NCBI GenBank assembly: GCA_903930165.1
Contig: CAIYXO010000575.1
Location: 1 to 28,145 of the forward strand
Length of the DNA stretch: 28,145 nucleotides
Reading direction: 5' to 3'
Source of the DNA: an uncultured Verrucomicrobiota bacterium
Lineage (GTDB): Bacteria > Verrucomicrobiota > Verrucomicrobiia > Limisphaerales > UBA9464
A program made the position numbers and the translations under genes. Each line of letters starts with the position of its first letter. Positions within the stretch are counted from its first letter, which is position 1. Shown piece after piece: positions 1-7,386 of the stretch. Below the pieces are notes generated by a model, which was not told where the DNA came from, searched no databases, and saw only the letters and a list, made by a program, of their open reading frames with translations.

Positions 1-1
1 G

Positions 2-1063
2 GACGACGCGGGTGAGCAGGAGCGCGAGCCGGGCCTCGTTGAGCATGTGGCCCGAGTCGTTCGAAGCCGAGCCGTCGACCCCGAGGCTGACGGGGCTGCC
101 GCCGCCGCGGAGGTCGTTGACGCGGCAGACGCCGGAACCGAGCCGCATGTTGGAGCACGGGCAGTGGGCGATGCCGGTGCGGGTCCGGGTGAGATGCCCG
201 ACCTCGCGGTCGTTGAAGTGGATGCCGTGGGCGAGCCAGACGTCGTCGCCTTCCCAGCCGAGCTTCGACATGTAGGCGAACGGCCGCGCGCCGAGCATCT
301 TCAGGGCGTCGGCGTTCTCGGGGATAGTCTCGCCGCAGTGGGTGTGGAGGCGGACCTTGAGCGAACGGGCGAGGCGGGCGGTCTCGCGGTAGAGGTCGCC
401 GGTGCAGCCGAACACGGTGCAGGGCGCGAAGGCGACGTGGGACATGGCGCCGGGACCGGTCCGGTGGTGCGCGTCGTACAGGCGCTGGCAGTCGGCGAGG
501 ATCGTGTCGGTGTCCTGGCAGGACCATTCCGGCATGATGTCGCTCGGGATGTTCACCGATCCGCGGCAGCCGACGTAGCGGATCCCGAGCGCCGCCGCCG
601 CCTCGAACCCGGCGTCGAGCATCCTGTCGGAGCCGTCGTTGGGGAAGAGGTAGTGGTGGTCGCTGGTCATCGTGCACCCGCTGAGCAGGAGCTCGGCGCA
701 GGCGACCTGGGTGGCGACGTGGAGGTCGTCGGGCGTGAAGTTCCGCCAGAGCGGCATGTGGCCGGCGAGCCAGGGCAGCAGCGGGAGGTTCGAGACCGGG
801 CCGAACGCGCGGGCCAGGTTCTGGAACATGTGGTGGTGGGTGTTGACCATGCCCGGCAGCACGATGCCGCCGCGGGCGTCCACCACCTCGGCCTCCGCAC
901 CCGAACCCCGAACCCGCGGCGCGGCGCCGGTCCCGACCGAGCGGATGATGCCGTCCTCCGCCAGCAGCCACGCCCCGCGCAGGACGCGTCGGTCCGCGTC
1001 CATCGTCACCAGGTGGCCGATGTTGCGGACCAGCGTCTTCGTCTTGGGTGCGGCTTGGGTCAT
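2..1063 (-). CDS. Metal-dependent amidohydrolase, cog0402 8-oxoguanine/isoxanthopterin deaminase / AtzB-like subfamily; 3' end runs off the window
   Basis: Hand translation from ATG at 1063 gives MTQAAPKTKTLVRNIGHLVTMDADRR...PGMVNTHHHMFQ...SDHHYLFP...HTHCGE...WLAHG...HCPCSNMRLGSG...GVDGSASND. HxH, HxxE and GxDG metal/catalytic motifs are present, with no stop before the edge. SD AAGGAGG lies 10 nt upstream. Not listed in the ORF track. Confidence 0.9.
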   Translation of the reverse strand, partial: MTQAAPKTKTLVRNIGHLVTMDADRRVLRGAWLLAEDGIIRSVGTGAAPRVRGSGAEAEVVDARGGIVLPGMVNTHHHMFQNLARAFGPVSNLPLLPWLAGHMPLWRNFTPDDLHVATQVACAELLLSGCTMTSDHHYLFPNDGSDRMLDAGFEAAAALGIRYVGCRGSVNIPSDIMPEWSCQDTDTILADCQRLYDAHHRTGPGAMSHVAFAPCTVFGCTGDLYRETARLARSLKVRLHTHCGETIPENADALKMLGARPFAYMSKLGWEGDDVWLAHGIHFNDREVGHLTRTRTGIAHCPCSNMRLGSGVCRVNDLRGGGSPVSLGVDGSASNDSGHMLNEARLALLLTRVV

Positions 1064-1073
1064 GTCGGAGGTT

Positions 1074-1080
1074 CCTCCTT
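1074..1080 (-). promoter_or_regulatory. Shine-Dalgarno site (AAGGAGG) of the amidohydrolase gene
   Basis: Plus strand cctcctt at 1074-1080 reads AAGGAGG on the minus strand, 10 nt before ATG 1063. Confidence 0.75.
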
Positions 1081-1111
1081 CCCGGCTGACGGGCAACCGG
1101 GGAGCGGAACG

Positions 1112-2260
1112 CTAGGGAGGTCCGGCGCGTTCGACCGGAGCGTTGGTCCAGTAAGGCGTGGGAAGTGCCGGATCCAGCTTCAGGGCGGCCGGCGAGAAGG
1201 CGTCGGTGACGACCGAGGCGACCGGGACGGGCGAGCGGACGACGCCGAGGTCGAGCAGGATGCGGCCGAGTTCCTCCCAGCGGCGGAGATCGACCGCCCC
1301 CATCGATTCGCCGCGGGAGGCGTCACCCTCCACGAGGCGCAGCTCCCGCATCTTCACGTAGCTGAAGCGCATGCCGCCCGCGTCCATGGTGGGCGAGATC
1401 GACCGGATGTGGGCGTGGATGGGTTCGGGGTCCTTGAAGTAGGACTGCCAGCCGAGGTAGGCGCCGCGGCTGAACTTCGCGACGAGTTCCGGGTGCTTCT
1501 CGACGAGCTGGCGGTTGGCGATGATCACGCGGTAGGGGTCGAAGCCGGACTCGCTGATCTGGAGAACCCGCGAGGCGACGCCCTCGCGCAGGGCGTAGTA
1601 GGGTTCGCTGGTCGGGTAGGCCTGCATGATCCAGTCGGGGTCCTTCACGAAGTTGGCCACGTTGCCCGTGATCGGACGCACCCGGATCTTCTTCAGCGCG
1701 TATTTCTTCTGGAGGAACTGGAGCCAGGTGCCGCCGATCTGCATGGCGAGGTCGCGGTCCTCGAGGTCGGCGAAGGAACGGACCGGGGAATCCGCGCGGA
1801 CCATCACTCCCTGCGGGTCGTGCTGGAAATAGGAGTTCACCGCGACGATGGGCAGGCCCCGGTCGACGGCCACGAAGACGGCGTCGCCGCGGACGATGCC
1901 GAGGCCGTAGGGATCCAGCGCCACGCGCTTCTCGATCTCGGAGTTGGGGCCGCCGATGAGGACGTTCACCTTCACGCCCTCGGCATCCCAGATCCCGCGT
2001 TGCTGGGCCGCGTAGTAGCCGCCGTGCTCGGGTTCGGGAACCCAGTCGTGGATGAAGTTGAGCGGCTCGGACCGGGCCTTGGCGTCCACGGAACCGGCGG
2101 CGCCCGAAGGGTTCTGGCCTCCGCATCCGGCGAGGAGCCAGGCCACCAGCATCGTGGCGACGACCACCATCAGCCTGGCGGTCCAGCGGAGGGCGGTGGC
2201 GAGCTGGGCCTGGGCCGCGGAGGAATCCTGGAGATCGGAGCCTGTCTCGGGGCGGTTCAT
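1112..2260 (-). CDS. ABC transporter substrate-binding lipoprotein, NMT1/THI5 (SsuA-like) family
   Basis: 382-aa ORF with a hydrophobic signal ending in lipobox LLAG-C, then DWVPEPEHGGYYAAQQRG, GLGIVRGD, QHDPQGVMV and GFDPYRVII segments typical of NMT1/THI5 binding proteins. The start codon is uncertain. Confidence 0.85.
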   Translation of the reverse strand: MNRPETGSDLQDSSAAQAQLATALRWTARLMVVVATMLVAWLLAGCGGQNPSGAAGSVDAKARSEPLNFIHDWVPEPEHGGYYAAQQRGIWDAEGVKVNVLIGGPNSEIEKRVALDPYGLGIVRGDAVFVAVDRGLPIVAVNSYFQHDPQGVMVRADSPVRSFADLEDRDLAMQIGGTWLQFLQKKYALKKIRVRPITGNVANFVKDPDWIMQAYPTSEPYYALREGVASRVLQISESGFDPYRVIIANRQLVEKHPELVAKFSRGAYLGWQSYFKDPEPIHAHIRSISPTMDAGGMRFSYVKMRELRLVEGDASRGESMGAVDLRRWEELGRILLDLGVVRSPVPVASVVTDAFSPAALKLDPALPTPYWTNAPVERAGPP

Positions 2261-2421
2261 GGAGTCAGACTTGGCCGGATGCGATCAGATGGGACTCACG
2301 CCAAGGCGCAAAGACGCCGACTGGGGGATTGGAAACCGCTGATTCTCCTCCGTTGCAGCGCGACTTGGCGGGTTGGCGTGCGGGTCCTGTCAGCATGGAT
2401 CGGGATCGGTTCGGGTGCAGG

Positions 2422-2463
2422 AAAAGGGGGCTTCCGACCGCACACACAACAGCCGGAAGCCCC
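2422..2463 (-). terminator. Intrinsic terminator-like hairpin downstream of the TonB-dependent receptor
   Basis: Minus strand reads GGGGCTTCCG-17 nt-CGGAAGCCCC-C-TTTT: a 10-bp perfect stem, extendable with G-U pairs, starting 20 nt after the receptor stop. The U-tract is short (4). Confidence 0.6.
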
Positions 2464-2483
2464 ACGCACTGGAGGAGGATGGA

Positions 2484-4913
2484 TCAGAACTTGTAACGGA
2501 CCTGGCCGCTGATGCGGAAGGGCTGCTCGGGGAAGATCACGTCGTTGCCCGCGAAACCGGGATCGATCGAGGTCCAGTTCCGCTCGTCGGTGATGTTGAA
2601 GAAGTTGATCTGAACGTCCCACTTCGGCTGCTTGTAGAAGACGAAGGCGTTGATGACGTACTGGGCCGGGATGATCAGCGTGCCGTTCTGGTTCTGCCAC
2701 TGTTCGCCGGTGACCTGCGGGCCGACGCTGGCGCCGAAGCCGCTGTCGAACTGGTAGGTCAGGTAGGCGTTGAAGAGGATCCGCGGAACCGAGGCGGCGC
2801 GGGTCTTGCCGAGCACCGGGGCATAGGAGTAGTTCGGGCTGCCGCGGCCGGTGCCGGACTGGCCGTCCACGATGAACCCGACCGGGAAGCCATCGAGGTA
2901 GTTGCCGGTCTGCTGGCCGGGGCGGGAGTCGGCGGTGGCGTCCTGGTAGGTGAAGTTGGCGCTCGCGTTGAAGTTGCGGTCCGGCTGGTAGAACGCCTCG
3001 AGCTCGAGGCCCTTGGTCTCGATGCCGATCGGGTCGCCGACCAGCTGCGGGGCCACGCGGGTCTGGTTGAAGAGGGAGGCGCCGACGAAGACCTTGTTGT
3101 CGAGCAGGCTCGCCTTGGATCCGACCTCGATCAGCTCGCTCTCGGTGGAGAGGGAGCGCTCGAGTCCGGCCTTGGTGTTGCTGGTGCCGTCCACGCCGCC
3201 GAAGTTCGCGCTGCCCTGGATCGCGTTGACCAGGTTGTAGGTCGCGTAGCTCGTCAGCGTCGGCATCCACTTGTAGATGCCGCTGATGAAGACCGAGGTG
3301 TTGAAGACGTCGGTCGAGACGTTGTAGCGGTTGCCGACGGGGAACCCGACGGCCTCCGGGCTGCGGGCGGAGGCGCTGATGTAGTCCCCGCGGCCGCCGG
3401 CGATGATGGAGAACTTGTCATGCAGCTTCATGTCCCACTGCGTGAAGAAGGCTCCCTGGCGGATCTCGGAGTTCTGGTCGCCGTTGCCGAAGAAGTAGTT
3501 CGAGCCGTAGCCGGGGGCGCCGGGGACGAGGACCGTGCTGCCGCCGTAGGTGGTGATGGCCGGGTTGACGGGCAACCGGAAGGAGGTGGCCGGCTGGGTG
3601 ACGTCGTAGAGGAAGAACGGCTCGATCGAGAAGTCCTGGTAGGAGACGAGCGAGGCGTAGCGGAGGTCGACGCCGCTGATGGTCTTGATGGGCAGCTCGA
3701 AGCTCCCGAGCTTGGGCGCGATCTCGTAGTGGAGCTCCGTGCGGTCGTTGACCATCCAGTTCTCCGGCACGTATTCGGTGTAGCCGTAGCCGGAGGCCTT
3801 GCGCGACTCCTGGGTCTCGCCGTAGGCCCGGTTGACCAGCTTGCCGAAGTCGTTGATCAGGTAGGTCGAGATCAGCTGCGAGGAGAACTTCTTCGCGGCG
3901 GCGCTGTCGCCGGGGGCGTTGATCGTCTGCCAAGGGTAGACGTGGACGCGGGAGGCGAGGTTGGTGTTGAGCAGCGCGAAGTTCGCGTTGAGGCCGAAGG
4001 CGCCGATGGAGGTCAGCGGATCGCCGAACGCGTTGTTCGGAAGCACCGGGCCCGCGATGTAGAGCCAGTCGTCGATCAGCTCCTGGGTGACGCGGTTGAT
4101 GCCGATGACCTCGTTGAACCGGGAGGTGTAGAACTGCGCGTTCCAGTCGAAGGTGAGCTTCTCGTTCGGGCGGAACGTCAGGGCGCCGAAGATGTCCTGG
4201 GTGTTGTCCTTGACGTTCTGGTAGTAGCCCTCGGCCTCGCGTCCGAGGTAGCTGACGCGCCAGGCGAGCTTCTCGTTGATCGGCCCGCCGTAGTCCAGGA
4301 TCCACTCCGGGTTGAAGTAGCTCTGTCCGCCCGGGACGTAGCTGCCCCAGCGGGTGATGAGCTCGCCGTGGTTGGCGTCGAAGTAGGGGAGCTTGGTGAC
4401 GAAGTTGACGTAGCCGCCCGGGCCGTTGCCCTGGGGTCCGTAGACCGCGGAGCCCGGGCCCTTGACGATGTCCATCGCCTCGACGCCGTTGAAGCTCGCG
4501 AGCACCGAGTTGCGGCTGTAGATGGTCCGCTGGCCGTTCTGGTAGATCTCCGAGAGGTCGCCGCGGATGACGGGGACGTTCGCGAGTCCGTAGCGGGACG
4601 GCGTGTAGACGCCGGGCGAGTACTGGTTGAAGTCCGTCGCGCGGGAGATGGCGCGGGCCTCCATCTGGGCCTTCGTCACCAGGGACACCGACCGCGGGGT
4701 CTCGAGGATGCTCCGGTCGTCGCCCATCACCGACTCCACGGGGCGGGCGGTCGGAAGGACGGTCTCCTCCAAGGGCAGGCCCTCGACAACCACCTTGTCG
4801 AGCACGTTGGTCGATCCGGGAGTGGCCTCCTGCGCCTGCGCGGCCAGGAACGGGACGAGGGCGAAGGTGGCGACGCCACCGATACGGCCCGGAAGCCAGA
4901 AACGAGGTTTCAT
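2484..4913 (-). CDS. TonB-dependent outer-membrane receptor
   Basis: 809 aa with signal peptide (…FLAAQA/QE), TonB box LDKVVVEG, plug motifs (ETPRSVSLV, IRG, MDIVKGPGSAVYG, GGYVNFVTK) and a C-terminal aromatic-ending beta strand GQVRYKF. Confidence 0.95.
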   Translation of the reverse strand: MKPRFWLPGRIGGVATFALVPFLAAQAQEATPGSTNVLDKVVVEGLPLEETVLPTARPVESVMGDDRSILETPRSVSLVTKAQMEARAISRATDFNQYSPGVYTPSRYGLANVPVIRGDLSEIYQNGQRTIYSRNSVLASFNGVEAMDIVKGPGSAVYGPQGNGPGGYVNFVTKLPYFDANHGELITRWGSYVPGGQSYFNPEWILDYGGPINEKLAWRVSYLGREAEGYYQNVKDNTQDIFGALTFRPNEKLTFDWNAQFYTSRFNEVIGINRVTQELIDDWLYIAGPVLPNNAFGDPLTSIGAFGLNANFALLNTNLASRVHVYPWQTINAPGDSAAAKKFSSQLISTYLINDFGKLVNRAYGETQESRKASGYGYTEYVPENWMVNDRTELHYEIAPKLGSFELPIKTISGVDLRYASLVSYQDFSIEPFFLYDVTQPATSFRLPVNPAITTYGGSTVLVPGAPGYGSNYFFGNGDQNSEIRQGAFFTQWDMKLHDKFSIIAGGRGDYISASARSPEAVGFPVGNRYNVSTDVFNTSVFISGIYKWMPTLTSYATYNLVNAIQGSANFGGVDGTSNTKAGLERSLSTESELIEVGSKASLLDNKVFVGASLFNQTRVAPQLVGDPIGIETKGLELEAFYQPDRNFNASANFTYQDATADSRPGQQTGNYLDGFPVGFIVDGQSGTGRGSPNYSYAPVLGKTRAASVPRILFNAYLTYQFDSGFGASVGPQVTGEQWQNQNGTLIIPAQYVINAFVFYKQPKWDVQINFFNITDERNWTSIDPGFAGNDVIFPEQPFRISGQVRYKF

Positions 4914-4978
4914 CAGTTCGGACGGATTAGTTGGGTTGTTTGAGTGCGACGGGGGTCAGGCGCCGCAATGCCCCCAAG

Positions 4979-4994
4979 GCATCCGGCGTGCCAA
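4979..4994 (-). promoter_or_regulatory. Candidate sigma54 (-24/-12) promoter for the TonB-dependent receptor
   Basis: Minus strand TTGGCACGCCGGATGC matches consensus YTGGCACG-N4-TTGC: GG and GC are exactly 10 nt apart, with one mismatch (ATGC). It implies a start site near 4967 and a ~55-nt leader before ATG 4913. Confidence 0.6.
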
Positions 4995-5018
4995 TCATCC
5001 CCCCGCTTCTTCGGCATT

Positions 5019-5169
5019 TCCAGCATCCGCCTGAAGCCCCATTCTCCCCGACCCCGACCCTCCGGGTCCCCAATCGGGCGTCGGTTGCCCATTTCCTTGG
5101 GCTTCCGCGCAATTTCGGGGGAGTGGCCGGAGACGGGTCGACCAGGCCTCGATGAGGCGGATTGCTGGA
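5019..5169. repeat. ~150-bp imperfect palindrome (rod-like fold) in the divergent intergenic region
   Basis: Nested stems share an axis near 5094: 5019-5032/5155-5169 (14 bp, 1-nt bulge), 5055-5065/5127-5140 (11 bp, 3-nt bulge), 5068-5071/5117-5120, 5078-5084/5105-5110, 5087-5091/5098-5102; loop TTTCCT. Confidence 0.65.
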
Positions 5170-5394
5170 TAGTCGGCGGATGCAGGCAGGAGATTCAGCG
5201 ACGGGGTTGGGCGGGGGCGTCGGACGTCCGCCGGGGGCGTGTGGCGGTATTTGGCCATGCTGGGCAGGCGTGTGTCCCGCGGGGGTTGGAGGTGCTGATC
5301 CAGAAGCGACAGGGCGTCGGGGGTCCACGGGCAATCGGAACGTGATTGGGCGGATGACGAGGCCGTGGAACATCCTCTGCTTTCCGGTTTGAGG

Positions 5395-5952
5395 ATGGCC
5401 CGTACCCCGAACCGCCCAAACCCCGAGGACGAGGTGTTCATGAAGTCGCTGGCCGACTTCGCACACCGCGAGCTGGCGACGGACCGGCGTTCGCCGTTCG
5501 CGTCCGACGTGGTGGAGACCTCGACCGGGAAGCTCGTGATGCGTCGGCTGAACGGCGTGCGGATCGAAAACGACCCTTCGAGCCACGCCGAGGTGCGGGT
5601 GATGCGGGCCGCCTGCAAGAAGCTCAAGACCACCAGCCTCAGGGGCCACACGCTGTACACCACCTGCGAGCCGTGTCCGATGTGCATGGCCATGGCCCTG
5701 TGGGCCGGGATCGACCGGGTCGTGTTCGGATCGACCATCGCGGACGCCTCGCGCCACTGCGCGCAGATCTACGTCCCCGCCAAGACGCTGCAGCGGAAGT
5801 CCGACATGGACTGCGAGGTCGTGGGCCCGGTGCTCCGCAAGGAGTGCGTCGCCCTGTTCGAGGATCCGCGGATGCTTTCCGCGATGGCGCTGTGGAAGAA
5901 GTCCCGTCGCGGACCCAAGGCCAAGCCCGCGCGCCGCGCTTCCGGATCCTGA
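5395..5952 (+). CDS. Zinc-dependent nucleoside/nucleobase deaminase, cytidine-deaminase fold, guanine deaminase (B. subtilis GuaD type)-like
   Basis: Motifs DPSSHAE and LYTTCEPCPMC...WAGIDRVVFG. ATG at 5395 follows GAGG; the track start at 5365 is less likely. Confidence 0.85.
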   Translation: MARTPNRPNPEDEVFMKSLADFAHRELATDRRSPFASDVVETSTGKLVMRRLNGVRIENDPSSHAEVRVMRAACKKLKTTSLRGHTLYTTCEPCPMCMAMALWAGIDRVVFGSTIADASRHCAQIYVPAKTLQRKSDMDCEVVGPVLRKECVALFEDPRMLSAMALWKKSRRGPKAKPARRASGS

Positions 5953-5975
5953 AACCCCGTCCGCCCCTTTCGTCC

Positions 5976-7361
5976 ATGACCAACGCCGACCTCGTCGCAC
6001 TCGCGGAGCTCCTGCCCGCCGAACGGATCGTCACCGCCCCCACGCAGCTCGAGACCCTGAGCCGCGACTTCTACTGGTACTCTCCCATCCTGAAACGGGA
6101 CCTCTCGGACCGCCGGGCCGACGTGGTCGTGCAGGCGAGGGACGTGGAGGACGTGAAGGCGATCATCCGCTTCGCCTACACCCGCCGGGTCCCTCTCACC
6201 CTGCGCGGAGCCGGCACGGGCAATTACGGGCAATGCATCCCGACCCATGGCGGCATCGTGCTGGACCTGGCGGCGTTGGACCGGATCCACGGCATCTCGC
6301 CCGACGGCGTCGCGGTCTGCGACCCGGCGGCCCGCCTGGCCTCGATCGAGAACGCCGCGCGCCAGGTCGGCTGGGAGCTGCGCTGCTATCCGAGCACGTT
6401 CGTGAAGGCCGGCGTCGCCGGCTTCTGCGCGGGCGGTTCCGGCGGCATCGGCAGCATCACCTGGGGCGGCCTGCGGGAGAACGGCACCGTCCACGCCCTC
6501 ACCATCCTCACCATGGAGGCCGAGCCCCGAGAGATCCGTCTCGCGGGACCGGACATCTTCAAGATCCTCCACGCCTGGGGCACCAACGGGGTGATCGTGC
6601 AGGTGGAGCTGCGCCTGGCGCCGCGGACCAACTGGGCCCAGCTGGCGGTGGCGCATCCGGAGTTCTCCGCCTCCTTCGACTTCGTCGAGGCCATCGCCCG
6701 CAACGACTCCTTCAAGAAGCGCCTCACCTCCTGTTTCGAATGGCCGTTGCCGTCCCACTTCACCCCGCTGCAGAAGTGGGTTCCGAAGGGCCGTGCGCTG
6801 GCCTTCTTCGAGGTGGCGGACGACCAGCTCCAACGCCTGGCCGACGCCGCGAAGAACGGGGGCGGCGAGGTCTGCTTCGTGGCCCCCTACACGGAGCCGC
6901 GCCGCGGGACGCTCCTGAGCGACTACACCTGGAACCACACGACGTTGTGGGCCCTGAAGGGGGATCCATCCCTGACCTATCTCCAGTGCGGCTTCTCCGC
7001 CACCGAGGCCCGGAGCCAGATGCGGCGGCTCAAGGCGCGATTCGGCGACGACTTCCTGATGCACATCGAGTTCGTCCGGTGGGACAACGTGGTCACCCCG
7101 GGCTCCATCCCGGTCATCCGCTACAGCACCGACGAGCGTCTCCGGGAGATGATCGCCTTCTGCGAGAGCCTGGGCGTGAGCGTCGCCAACCCGCACGTGA
7201 ACTTCCTCGAGGGTTCGGGGCGTTGGCGGCCGGACGACGCCAAGCTGGTGGCCAAGCAGGAGTACGATCCCCGCGGCCTCTTGAACCCGGGCAAGATGCG
7301 CGGGTTCGCGGCCAGCCTCGAGGGAGTCACCGGAAACCCGCCGCTCGAGGCTGCCGCCTGA
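5976..7361 (+). CDS. FAD-binding oxidoreductase (GlcD/FAD-linked oxidase family)
   Basis: From ATG 5976, 461 aa: ADVVVQARDVEDV, PLTLRGAGTGNYGQ FAD-binding motif, GGSGGIGS, and C-terminal YDPRGLLNPGKM. The track extension from 5673 overlaps the deaminase and looks non-coding. Confidence 0.9.
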   Translation: MTNADLVALAELLPAERIVTAPTQLETLSRDFYWYSPILKRDLSDRRADVVVQARDVEDVKAIIRFAYTRRVPLTLRGAGTGNYGQCIPTHGGIVLDLAALDRIHGISPDGVAVCDPAARLASIENAARQVGWELRCYPSTFVKAGVAGFCAGGSGGIGSITWGGLRENGTVHALTILTMEAEPREIRLAGPDIFKILHAWGTNGVIVQVELRLAPRTNWAQLAVAHPEFSASFDFVEAIARNDSFKKRLTSCFEWPLPSHFTPLQKWVPKGRALAFFEVADDQLQRLADAAKNGGGEVCFVAPYTEPRRGTLLSDYTWNHTTLWALKGDPSLTYLQCGFSATEARSQMRRLKARFGDDFLMHIEFVRWDNVVTPGSIPVIRYSTDERLREMIAFCESLGVSVANPHVNFLEGSGRWRPDDAKLVAKQEYDPRGLLNPGKMRGFAASLEGVTGNPPLEAAA

Positions 7362-7386
7362 CGAGCCCCTCACACCCACCGAAACC

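Noticed and set aside
47-4943. Long plus-strand ORFs 47..2512 (821 aa) and 2373..4943 (856 aa)
   Set aside because: They are antisense shadows of the amidohydrolase, SBP and TonB receptor genes. Stop codons are rare opposite GC-rich coding DNA, and the translations have no recognisable motifs.
5109-5308. Xanthine (NMT1 motif) riboswitch resemblance: CCCGAAAUUGC (minus, 5109-5119) and AGAAGCG (plus, 5302-5308)
   Set aside because: The two fragments are on opposite strands and far apart, so they cannot form one aptamer.
4914-5394. TPP, cobalamin or FMN riboswitch upstream of the TonB receptor or NMT1/THI5 genes
   Set aside because: I found none of the hallmark strings (TPP CUGAGA...AUACC; B12 GGGAA...GCCACUG; FMN AGGGUGAAAUUCCC) on either strand. 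A cmscan run would be decisive.
5395-5952. Calling the deaminase tadA
   Set aside because: It lacks the TadA EVPVGA-type N-terminal motif, has PF-type and LYTTCEPCPMC segments like nucleobase deaminases, and sits in a catabolic operon.
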